NCBI GenBank assembly: GCA_965644495.1
Contig: CBFFSA010000002.1
Span: 310,001-374,000, forward strand
Reading direction: 5' to 3'
Source: Perkinsela sp. CCAP 1560/9
Lineage: Eukaryota; Protista; Euglenozoa: Kinetoplastea
DNA: 64,000 nucleotides
Below the pieces are notes generated by a model. That model had not been told where the DNA came from and made no database searches. It was given only the letters and a program-made list of their open reading frames with translations. Positions 1 to 10,099 of the stretch are shown piece after piece; the stretch's first letter is position 1; each line of letters starts with the position of its first letter. The translations under genes and the position numbers were made by a program.

Positions 1-1467
1 ACCATATGCAATACGAAATAGACCTCGAAGAATTTCATCATCACTATCATCTACTTTTATAATGGGGACCAATCTGTGAGATATTGAGTGTAACACACTC
101 GACAATATGTTGTCATTCTGGATGTGATCGAAAAAAGTATCGAGATACACTCGCAACGGCGGCGTTTCGTTTTTTTTGGTTTTCGCTTTATCCGCGCAGC
201 GTTGTTTGTCCCCAGGAAAAGAATATTCTAAAATAGATAGTGAAGGTTCTAATGTTGGTCTCCCTTGAGGACTCTGATGCCGTAGAACGGAAGGATCGCT
301 TACTATTGCCCCTTTTTGAATCATTAGACGAGTTCCCCCAACATCAAATATTGGCGTAGTGAAAGTCAAGTATTTTAGTGAGCCTTCTTCCAAAGTGGTT
401 TGTAGGGCGTCTTGCATAGAAGAGCTCAAAGCCGAGAACTTCCACAAGTCACGGGGGAACAAAATATCTAAGCAGTAAAGAGCACATACTTCTTGGAGTG
501 CATTTAGTTTTCTAACCTTTTCACATGCGGCCCGCCTTGAAAGAAGATACTTCTCTTCTTTACCGTTTTCCGAGAACACTATGTAAAGAGAACATGATAA
601 AGGAGATCTTTTCGTTTCATGTCCAGGCACACTAACAATATGGAACGAAGTGCCGTACGTAAGAATCATGAGAATCTTCAACTTACAGAAAAATGTTAGA
701 TCATGATACATAGCCCAACCTTCATGAATGTGCCTTATCCATGAACTGTATAGTTTACGGTCAAACCCTTTTTTCAAAGCATCGAGATACATGCGATATG
801 TTCCAAGGGAATATTCATTGCCATTGAGGTTGAATGAAACTGTCCGATGAGAAAAAAATATATGCGGAGAAGTTCCCAATTGTACTTGAGTTGATGAGAT
901 AGTGCGAACGAGAGTCACCTCATGAAGTAACCTGCGAAGAGTCACTACTAGTGGTACGACCTTCGCAATCTTTAGTGGAGTGTCAAGGTCTCTGTGTAGC
1001 AAATTCTTGATTTTCATAGAAGGCTGAAAGCGCTTTACGAGAGGTAGCCACAAATTTCGCTCTTTTGCGGGATTTTTTAGAAGAAATCTTTCACATTCTT
1101 GGGGAAAGCGTATTCTTAAGGCCAGTAGGCACAAGTCGAAAGTACTGGTAGAAACTGCTCGTAGCATCACTTCTCTTGGAATAGAACTACTTTCGTCTAC
1201 AAGAAATACAGTGGATAAGCTATTATCCCCGTTTTCAAGTTGCTTCGTGTGTTCCACATACAATTTCATATGAACGCCATAATATTGCATTATAAGACTT
1301 TGCAGTAATCTCCATGGTGAACAAAATGGGATGGTGCTTGATGCAGAGCTTCCAAACAAACGATTCGTGATTAGAAGAAACAAGGGAGCTTGAAGCTCGC
1401 CTGCGTGAACGTGAGAAGTTAGTTGGTTCAAAGACAAAACTCCACTAAATCTACTCCAAATACTCAT
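1..1467 (-). CDS. Hypothetical protein, 3'-partial (at least 489 aa, runs off left edge)
   Basis: Manual translation from ATG 1467 (MSIWSRFSGVLSLNQLTSHV...) is stop-free to base 1. Probably absent from the ORF track because its stop is outside the window. Same strand as neighbours. Confidence 0.8.
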   Translation of the reverse strand, partial: MSIWSRFSGVLSLNQLTSHVHAGELQAPLFLLITNRLFGSSASSTIPFCSPWRLLQSLIMQYYGVHMKLYVEHTKQLENGDNSLSTVFLVDESSSIPREVMLRAVSTSTFDLCLLALRIRFPQECERFLLKNPAKERNLWLPLVKRFQPSMKIKNLLHRDLDTPLKIAKVVPLVVTLRRLLHEVTLVRTISSTQVQLGTSPHIFFSHRTVSFNLNGNEYSLGTYRMYLDALKKGFDRKLYSSWIRHIHEGWAMYHDLTFFCKLKILMILTYGTSFHIVSVPGHETKRSPLSCSLYIVFSENGKEEKYLLSRRAACEKVRKLNALQEVCALYCLDILFPRDLWKFSALSSSMQDALQTTLEEGSLKYLTFTTPIFDVGGTRLMIQKGAIVSDPSVLRHQSPQGRPTLEPSLSILEYSFPGDKQRCADKAKTKKNETPPLRVYLDTFFDHIQNDNILSSVLHSISHRLVPIIKVDDSDDEILRGLFRIAYG

Positions 1468-2093
1468 TGCCGACCGAAATGCTGTTTAGCTACTTTTCAG
1501 AAGCCGAAAAGGATATCCTACAAAACAACAACTGACCCAAAAACATTGTGGAGAGAATGATATACGCATGGAAAAAACACAATATAAACACTTACAGCTC
1601 TTCTTGTCGTGAAGTCATTCGATATTATAATAGGCACGCAACAATTACTTGCTTTCACATTAACCCCTTTTTATCATTCTACGACCTTAAAACTCAAAAA
1701 TCGTCATATTCTGTAGGGTTACCAGACCCACACCTCACATAAAAAATAGGGACACTCCTGGACCTCTTAGATCTCACAGGCGATCAATATAATTGTCCTT
1801 GTGCTTCAAGGCGTCCAATAAAAACATAAATCATTTATGGATATTATTTAATAAAATATCTTGTATCTGCCAGTAGTGCAGTGAAAGCACAAAATAATAT
1901 CGTTCCAACGTTTAACAAAGAAACGTTACGACCAACCAGCTGAGAAAGAGATGTTTCTGCCAAAGCGCTAAAAATATCCACGACAACAGATCGAATATAA
2001 AAAGATAATAGCGTAATAAGCATACCAAGTACAGAGAATAACGCCGTGCAAAGTTGCTATTGGGGTACCAAAAATAAATTTTGCTTTTCCACA

Positions 2094-3758
2094 TTACTCC
2101 TTTCTCAGCATACTCACCTTGGCATCTTCTTTTAAAGAGATAACGCGGTTGAGAACGGGATGTTTCTCTGTGGCATCTACATCAACAGTAAAATATCCCA
2201 CTCTTTCAAATTGAACTGTATTAAATGTGGGTAAAGACACGATGCTTTTTTCGACTCTTCCATGTATGATACTTTCACTTTTCGGATTGATGTACTTTAA
2301 AAAATCGGCTTCGACGGCAGCACGATCATCCACGAGGAGTGGATCGTACAAGCGAAACTCAGCAGGGTTGGAATGCAACTCACTGAGCCAGTGAATGTGC
2401 GTTTTCGGTCGCACAGTCTTTTCTGTGTCAAGAGTCACACGTACGTTGTCTACTTCACCAGTTTCTGCGTTTACCTCATGACTCTGATAGTAAACGTTGG
2501 GCCCGTACTTGAGACCTACAGCTTTTTCTTGATTAGGTGCTAAGCCAAAAAAGTTACGCTCATCGACATTTTTAAAATCTTGCGAATCGATAAAAAACCG
2601 CTTCGTTAGCATCAGAGTACGTGTTCCTAAGTCGCGACATTTTGGATGATTTAAAGCAGTGACTGGCAGAGAAAAATCGTCTGAGACATTATCAATAATA
2701 ACACAAACTGGTTTCAATATGCCGAAGCGACGCAGCGCTGAGCTGTCCAAATTCCGTCGCAGTACGTGTTCTAATAGTTTAATATCAATTACATTCTGTG
2801 CACGAGTAACGCCGACTAGCTCGCAGAATTCATTTATAACTTCTGGTGTATACCCCCTTCTGCGCATACCACTAAGTGTCAGCAAGCGTGGGTCATCAAA
2901 GCCACGTACAATACCTGTGTCCACTAATACGTTAATCTTTCTTTTCGAAAGTAAACTACCAGTGACGTTTAATCTTGAAAATTCCCAAACGGAGGGCCGG
3001 TAAAGATCTAGAGCCTCAAGAAGCCAATAATAGGACTCACGACGTATTTCGAATTCAAGCGTACATAACGAGTATGAGATGTTTTCTAGAGAATCGATGA
3101 TGCAATGAGTGAAATCGTACGAAGGATAAATGCACCATTTATCCCCCACGTGTGGGTGAGCACAAAATTTTATTCGATAGGCAATACAGTCTCGCATGTT
3201 CGGATTATCATGCGCCATATCCATTTTAAGTCTTAAAGTAGCTTCGCCTTCCTGCAATAAACCTCGGCGCATATTTTCAAACAACGCAAGATTCTCTTCT
3301 ACGCCCCGGTTGCGGTACGGTGACTCAACACGAATTTCCCTTTGTTTCTTTATTTCTTCTTTCGTGCTGTGATCTACATAAGCCTTTCCCATTTCAATCA
3401 AGCGGAGCGCAAATTCATAAAGCTGAGCAAAGTAATCAGACGAAAAAGTAACCCAGTCCGGTTCCCATCCCATCCATCTTACCATTTCTTCGATAGCAGA
3501 AATATATTCTGGACTCTCGGACTCAGGATTAGTATCGTCGTAACGCAAGTAACATTTTCCATTGTGGAGCTTAGCTTCGCCAAAGTTAAGACGCATACTT
3601 TTTGCGTGCCCAATGTGCAGGTAGCCGTTCGGCTCAGGCGGAAAACGAAAATAAAGCCTTCCTCCTGTTTCTCGGTCACGTTTTTGAATTAGATCGGGGG
3701 GATTCACTGCAGCAGCTATTGGCCTTCCCGTGTCAAAATGATGCAGCAGAGAATTCAT
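2094..3758 (-). CDS. QARS: Glutaminyl-tRNA synthetase, short form without the eukaryotic N-terminal extension
   Basis: RFPPEPNGYLHIGH (HIGH motif), YDDTNP, LCTLEFE, LSKRK (KMSKS-like), QFERVGYF. First ATG is at 3758. Confidence 0.96.
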   Translation of the reverse strand: MNSLLHHFDTGRPIAAAVNPPDLIQKRDRETGGRLYFRFPPEPNGYLHIGHAKSMRLNFGEAKLHNGKCYLRYDDTNPESESPEYISAIEEMVRWMGWEPDWVTFSSDYFAQLYEFALRLIEMGKAYVDHSTKEEIKKQREIRVESPYRNRGVEENLALFENMRRGLLQEGEATLRLKMDMAHDNPNMRDCIAYRIKFCAHPHVGDKWCIYPSYDFTHCIIDSLENISYSLCTLEFEIRRESYYWLLEALDLYRPSVWEFSRLNVTGSLLSKRKINVLVDTGIVRGFDDPRLLTLSGMRRRGYTPEVINEFCELVGVTRAQNVIDIKLLEHVLRRNLDSSALRRFGILKPVCVIIDNVSDDFSLPVTALNHPKCRDLGTRTLMLTKRFFIDSQDFKNVDERNFFGLAPNQEKAVGLKYGPNVYYQSHEVNAETGEVDNVRVTLDTEKTVRPKTHIHWLSELHSNPAEFRLYDPLLVDDRAAVEADFLKYINPKSESIIHGRVEKSIVSLPTFNTVQFERVGYFTVDVDATEKHPVLNRVISLKEDAKVSMLRKE

Positions 3759-3997
3759 TACTTGGACTCTCACTAAGCTAGTAGCGGCAATCAGTGAATC
3801 AAGAAATGTAAAAATGAATGTTTCTGAATTTATTGTAAAAATGGATATATTTTGAAAAACATGTTTAAAGATGGAAGTTTCGAATTTATTGTAGCTCGCA
3901 CACGTATCGTTATAGTGATACGATAAGAATGCATCGTTATACAGGGGGTGACATGAAAATATGGGGGGTCAAAATCCGTAAAACGATCAGGTGACAC

Positions 3998-4815
3998 ATT
4001 GCGGTGGTTGTATAACTACCGCTCTACCCTCGATTATTGAAGAAAAAGTGAACAAAAACAGTGAAAATAAAGAGGAACATAGTAATACAGTATACCGTAG
4101 AAGCGGAAATCAAAGAAAATTAAAAATAAGAAAACTTTAATTGAGGAAGTTAAGGAGTCTTCTTCTTCTTCCATTAAGGAAATAATTTCGTGCCACTGGC
4201 TTTTTCTTTCGAATTTTCTTTAAACGAGGGTCCTGTTTAGGATACCCCCCGGAATGGTACGAGGTCACAGGTATAGTAAGTTATTTGGCTAAATTTGTAA
4301 AAACGTGATTACCGGCAAAAGTTACCGGTGGATGCTAATAATATCACCAGTAAAAGTCATAGAAGTGAAAAAACGCGATAAATAGTAAGGAAAACAAACG
4401 AATACTGCTCTGTAGGGGTTATGATCTACGTGGGCCACCTCGAACAAGAAGTCGACATCACATGTTGTCTGCCTGAAAAACCAGGGGGCGGGTATACAAT
4501 CAACCCTGGGTCACGATACCATACCCCCCCGGTATGGTACCAGGTCACAGGTATGCTAAACCGGTCCCCCGTTTAATTGATTTCCGTCGTTTCTTTAAAC
4601 ACTTAATTTACTAAAATTGAGGAAGACGAGAATTAAGAAAACTTTAATTAAGGAAATAATTTCGTGTCACAAAGAAATTTTCCTTAATTCCCATTTCTAC
4701 ATAACAAATAGAAGAAAATATATAGAAGAAAATAATATAATAGAAGAAAATATATAATGTAATATAAGAAAATATATAAAGGGGGCTCCGGTGGTCCAAA
4801 ATCGAAAAAAATGAA
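3998..4815 (+). repeat. Composite dispersed repeat, copy A; inverted homolog at about 56790-58242
   Basis: 3998-4090 matches the reverse complement of 58148-58242. About 4770-4810 (aaagggggctccggtggtccaaaa) matches the reverse complement of about 56805-56840. Confidence 0.8.
4224..4572. mobile_element. MITE-like element with ~23-bp imperfect inverted termini, TTAA on both sides and 33-bp subterminal direct repeats
   Basis: TTAA|ACGAGGGTCCTGTTTAGGATACC ... GGTATGCTAAACCGGTCCCCCGT|TTAA; direct repeats at 4242-4274 and 4521-4554. Confidence 0.6.
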
Positions 4816-4908
4816 TGACCAGAAGACTCTTTTAAGTTTTAAGTCCTTTAAGTTCTTTTTAGCTTTCAAGAGTTTGAGCGGGACTTGCAAAAGAATAGAA
4901 ATATAAAT

Positions 4909-7536
4909 CTAATTTGAAAGAATATTTCGCAACTCGGAAGCATATTGAAATGATCTTGAAGCGTACTCGGCGGAATGCAGTACTTGCTGTGGAAGGCCAG
5001 CTAACTGCGCAACGCTAAGCCCGAAGGAGCTTTCGGCTCGTCCTGGTCTGATTTGATACTGCATTACTATATCTTTTTTCATTCCCACAGGAACATTTTT
5101 TAGCACTCGCTTTTCTTGACACACTTTAGCCTCCGCGTATCCCATACAGGAAAGGCTGCAAGGAGGACAAAGTTCTTGTAGATAGGTAAAATGAGTTACA
5201 AATATCGTCACGCACCCCTTTTTAAGAAAAAAGGAAAGACAGGCATATGCCACGGCGGTCCCATCAAACGTGCTTGTACCGCGACCAATTTCGTCCAAAA
5301 GCACAAGAGATTGACTTGTACTTGAGCGCATGATGGCGCTTGTTTCTGTCATTTCGTACATAAAAGTAGATCTTCCGCGTATTTTACTTACGTCATCCTT
5401 CGAACCCATTCGAGTATAGATACCATCGAACGGACTAAAAGTCATACACTCTGCCGGAACAAAGCTTCCTATTTGAGCAAGCAGAGAAAGTACGCCAACC
5501 ATCTTTAAATATACCGATTTGCCACCTGTGTTCGGTCCCGTGAGCATCATGCAGCATCCGCCCTTTGATAAAGATACAGAATTACTCACGTAAGCTTCGC
5601 CTCGAAGTTGTTCTACAACTGGATGACGACCATTCTTCACCTCTATTCCTGTAGTCTGTGAGATTTGAGGGCGTACATACTTCCCTCCTCTTGAGGAAAC
5701 GCAAACTAAACTGAATATTGAGTCTAATATTCCCAGAGCTCTGATAGTTTTCTGTAGGGTGCTGTAATAGGACTGGGAAATTAACTACAATTTTTCTACC
5801 CACTTCGTGCGGTAGAATACTTCCGCCTTTTCTTTTGCCCACGCTATCTTGTTCATGTACGATTTTATCGTCTTTGTATGGTATCGAGTTAATGATTTCG
5901 TTCTAGATTCTAAAATCCAATCAACCGGTATTTGTGATTCCATTTCATGAGGAACTTCAATAAGCCACGTCACGTCGGCCACCGTTCTATAAGAAAAACG
6001 CGATCGCGGTTGACCAAGAACTGCGCAAATGTCTGTCGCATGATCGTTAAGAAGATACCGTTCAAGATCCTGTACTTTTTTTGCTTCTTCGTTCGGCACA
6101 TCTTGAAAAAGAACCGAGGGTTTGCCTTCTTTCCAATCTTGAACTGAGTGCTCATTTAAGATGACTTCTGCAACAACCAGTCCGGCAGATACATCTTCAA
6201 GCTCAAAGCAAAGACGGTTCGAAACAGATTCAAGTAGTTGAGGTAATTTCTGAAATTGCATCATGCTTCTCAAGAAAGAAAATAGGTGAGTAATAGAACA
6301 TCTTGCGCTAGCAATACGTTGAAGCTGAGCCTCCAAATCTTGTACACGAAGAGGATCCAGAAAACATTGAGTAGCAGCCTCGCAAATTTCCTTATTTGTA
6401 AGAAAAAATTCTACCGTGCCATAACGTTGATTTAAAGTAGTAGGGTCCCGAGTTGGATTCAAAATCCACTTGCGTAATTGTCTTGTACCAAAAGCAGTCG
6501 CCGTATGATGCAGGTAGTTCCACAAACTAAGTTTGGTGTCACATTCAGTACTCTGAAAAATTTCAAGTTGTCGAACTGTGTCAATAGAAAGGTTGACGAA
6601 AGATCCAGTTGGAATTGCTTTCCTAATATTTTTGACCAACGCAGTCTGTTTAGTTAACGGTTCTAAATACTCATTTAGCTTGTTCAAGTACACACCTATG
6701 CTTGGCGCATTCATTATATCTAGCGGGCATCCCATTGTACCATCTGAAGCTAATAATCGGTCGTCAATGGTTATGTCTTGAAACCAGCCCAAATAAACGT
6801 GACCACTTGCATCATCGCAATTTATCCCACGATTAATGCTTAAAAATGTTTGATACCAATTCAGTCTCGCATTGGACGTATCATGAGACAATAGCAAATC
6901 TGATGCCTCCAATTTACATAAAAGACTCTCAAGTTCAATATCATCGCTAAAATGACACCATTCCATGAGAGGTTCACGATTTTCCCATAATGATGTCCAA
7001 ACAATGATCCTACTAAACTCGGACACAATAACTATGCGATGGAGCGTTTCGGAATGAGCTTTGGTTTCTGTAAAAAACTCTGGACATAGTATCCAAGTCC
7101 CCATCGTGTATACTTCACATAATGAACGTTCAAAAAGTCCTTTCCCTCCCTCTTCAGCTCGTCCATGTGCCGTTTCTGTTTGACGCACAATACCCACCTT
7201 GAAGCCTAAATAAACGAGTTTGGCAACGTGATGGTAAGTTCGCAACACCGGTACACTAGCTGTGTGAAAAATAGCACCTTCTTTTAAAATGCACATAATG
7301 CGCAAATGCTTTGAGGCTATTTCAGCATCTCGTCCGTAGAGTATCATCTTGTATCCACACTCCACGAGGAGGATAGTATCTTTATTTTGCTGTTTCAAAG
7401 TAATATATTGACGTTCGAGTGGTGTAGGCGTACATGTACGAGGTTCAATAGTATGTATACGTGCGCTGATTTCTCGCATTATGTCTTCGCTGACCAAAGT
7501 ATTTGCGGTGCAATGTGGACGTTTGCGTACGGGCAT
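4909..7536 (-). CDS. MSH3: DNA mismatch repair protein MSH3 (MutS-beta subunit), one reading frame interrupted by an in-frame TAG at 5785-5787 (possible pseudogene or sequence error)
   Basis: TPLERQY...VECGYK (MSH3-type domain I), VRQTETA, GRHPVVE, TGPNTGGKS Walker A, STFMYEM, LLDEIGRGT, FVTHF, SFGLSVAQLAGLP. The two track ORFs are in the same frame and joined by ...EKL*LISQSYYSTLQKTIRALGILDSIFSLVCVSSRGGKYVRPQI... Confidence 0.93.
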
Positions 7537-7713
7537 GTACACCGTTGGAATAGTTTGAGAAAACAAGGATTTTTTTTGAAAGCAGAATCATAGGCAATTT
7601 TGTGTACATACGTTTTGTACGTACATGTTGTAGCATGGTCAAATAGGCGACAGATAATTAGGGGGATCAATGGGTGACAGACGCTAGGATATAACGGCGC
7701 AAAAAATATACTA

Positions 7714-8740
7714 CCATCCCCCCTATTTAATAGGGCTACGCGTCCCCCCTTTAATAAGCCTATTTTGTCTAAAAAGTCAGTTTTTTTTAGGGTGGAGGAA
7801 TTCTTTTTTGTGAAATCCGCCGCGAAGCGGCGGCTTTTTTTTCCGGTGCAAATACGTATTAAAAAGCAGCAATACCTTGTTTAGGAACTATAGAAAACTT
7901 CTGAAAATTATTGCCCCATGAATTCTCGGGAGGATTTGGTGCCACGTGAACCGTTAAGCAATTGGATTGTTTCGCGAACTCCAGTGGCTCGTGTATCACG
8001 TGTAATCGGACCTTTTGCTTCCGGACAAGAACCTGGCATCTCTCTCTCCGAAAATTCTCTTTCAGCACGTCCCTCTCCCCCTCCCTTTGTTCCCCCATCA
8101 ACACACCGCAGAAAGCACTTGTCAGTGCAAGACAAGTTGTCCGTGTGTCGTTCTTCGTCTTCCGTATCAAAAGTTGCGAAGTCGTATAGTGTTGCCGAGA
8201 AGACCGTACGGAAAATAAAGCGAGTCGGAGAAAAAGAATATCAATCAAGAATGAATTGTGGAGGTAGCAACCGGAAGCGTGAGCGAGCTTTCAATAGCTC
8301 GCGACAAGATTCTATGACAAAGGTTCATGAAACCCTTCTCGGTCTGTTGAATTGTCATAGTCCTACCACTCGGGATAGGGTGCTCCAGTTAATGAGTGAA
8401 CATGGAGTATTTTGGGAAGGACTGAGTGAAAAGGCAAAAGAAAGAGCGTATAAGCACTTTCGTTACGTGTTTGGATGAACTTGGCGAAAGTTTGGAAAAA
8501 CTCAAGCGATCACACCGTCAGATATTGATCAACGTAGAAGATGATGGTCGCATCATCAGTACTCGCAGCACGATGTTCGACAGTGCAGTTATGTTTTTTT
8601 CGGAGATGAAACAAGCGTTATCGTCGACGGCGAATTGAAGGGGAAAACTTTAGCTCCAGTGGGCGCGACTTCAGTCAAAGTCTTTCGTCAGAACGAAAAG
8701 CAAACAGTGACTATTTTTCTTGCTGCTGTAAAAAAAAGTC
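7714..8740 (+). mobile_element. Truncated pogo/Tc2-like DNA transposon remnant (left end plus dead transposase)
   Basis: Putative end TA|CCATCCCCCCTATTTAATAG; GCGAAGC hairpin at 7817-7833; transposase-like ORF downstream; no right end found. Confidence 0.6.
7918..8740 (+). pseudogene. pogo/CENP-B-type transposase pseudogene
   Basis: HTH-psq-like RKHLSVQDKLSVC...VAKSYSVAEKTVRKIK. The same frame continues through two TGA stops to FFGDETSV...KTLAPVGATSVKV...EKQTVTIFLAA (first Asp of the pogo DDD domain), then is truncated. Confidence 0.75.
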
Positions 8741-9116
8741 TTTTTCAGTGGATGAAAGTTACTTTAAAGTACCTTTTATACTTTTTTTTACTATAAAACT
8801 TTTTTTTCCATTTATCCAAAAGATAGTAAAAATGCTACTGAACAGTGCAACTGATTCGCAAAATGCAGTAAAAACTAAAAAAATACTTCACACTGCTCTC
8901 ATGTGACTTCCGTAACTCCGCAAGCCAGTCCCAAGCCTGGCACCGGTTCTTGCAACCGGAGGAGGAGGGAGGAAGTCAACCAAGTCATAGAACCAGATTC
9001 TTGGTATCTGGGCAAGCTGGAACACTCTGGAACACTCAGACTGACGCTAGAGTTCTACGTTGAAAAGCGGACTTGACCTTGATGCGCAATACATGTCAGG
9101 CTGTAGTCCAGCTGTA

Positions 9117-9370
9117 GTCCCTGTGTCAAGGAATGGGGTTTGTCCCTGTGTCAAGGAATAGGGTTCGTCCCTGTGTCAAGGAATGGGGTTTGTCCCTGTG
9201 TCAAGGAATGGGGTTTGTCCCTGTGTTACGGAATAGGGTTTGTCCCTATGTCAAAGAATGGGGTTCGTCTCGGTGTCAATGAATAAAGCCTGTCCCTGTG
9301 TTACGGAATGGGGTTGGTCCCTGTGCGAAGGAAAGGGGTTAGTCCTTGTGGCAGGTAGTTGGGTTTGTCC
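9117..9370. repeat. 25-bp minisatellite, about 10 copies, consensus GTCCCTGTGTCAAGGAATGGGGTTT
   Basis: Units start at 9117, 9142, 9167, 9192, 9217, 9242, 9267, 9292, 9317 and 9342; divergence increases rightwards. Confidence 0.92.
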
Positions 9371-10001
9371 GTGTATCGAGTATTGGTGTTCGAAGAAGAT
9401 GCAAGAACGTTTACGAGATGGAAAAGTCTTTTTCTCCCTATGCCGAGAATTGAAATTCTTCATTTAGACTTCCTAAATTACGCACAGAGTACAGTATGCG
9501 GTTGTCCTAGTAAGGAGCCGGAATTCGTCTTCGAAGTCCGTTTGGGCTTCTGAGGATATTAAGTGTGGTAAAAATTATGACTTTGGGTTTATTGACGGAA
9601 GATGTTCAAGTTTGTCTCGTACGACGAAAATGTGTCAATTTAGTCCAAGGGAGGGGCGTCTATTCAGAAGGATACTTTGGGGGGTGGTTCTGAAAGATGT
9701 TGTCAGAGATCCGGTAGATAGAGAGCAGGTCAGAGAGATGGGGAAGAGGAGCCGGTTGCGGGGTCTGTTCTCCAAAAGATTAAAAGACTAAAAAATCTAA
9801 AGTACGATAAAAAGAAACTACGTACGAGCGCCAAGATCCGTCATAATACACAACCATTTCGTTTGTGGAGCGTCGCACACAGTGTGCGTGTGTTTTGCCC
9901 CACGACGCCGCTGTGGTCTATGTTGAGGAAATGGGAGGTGAAGCATTCATTCTATACCCGATACTACAAATAACATTAATGTCATAGAAAGCATATTAAG
10001 G

Positions 10002-10032
10002 CTTTGTGCAAAAATGAAGGAAATGCACAAAG
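10002..10032 (-). promoter_or_regulatory. Stem-loop downstream of H3 (9-bp stem, 13-nt pyrimidine-rich loop), repeated in each unit
   Basis: mRNA sense CUUUGUGCA-UUUCCUUCAUUUU-UGCACAAAG, 67 nt after the stop. Confidence 0.5.
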
Positions 10033-10099
10033 AACCTCAGATCGTTGCTGTCGTAGTGGGTATGCGAGGCTTCCCGAACTCAATAGTTTTCACAAACGC

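Noticed and set aside
1548-2094. Short ORFs between the first gene and GlnRS
   Set aside because: 64 aa or less, AT-rich and without recognisable motifs; probably UTR.
3938-3997. TACAGGGGGTGACA as a possible mariner-type terminus
   Set aside because: No convincing inverted partner was found in the window.
4684-4890. 68-aa ORF in frame downstream of the MSH3 terminal TAG
   Set aside because: It reads into low-complexity AT-rich repeat sequence and has no MutS similarity.
4909-8545. Stop-codon reassignment (Blastocrithidia-like), suggested by the TAG in MSH3 and the TGAs in the transposase
   Set aside because: GlnRS, CCT1, VPS16 and the other long ORFs contain no internal stops. TAG ends MSH3 and the 58363 ORF, and TGA ends alpha-SNAP, SCO1 and PGS1 at expected positions.
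9117-9370. CRISPR-like array
   Set aside because: Contiguous tandem units with no unique spacers, no cas genes, and a eukaryotic context.
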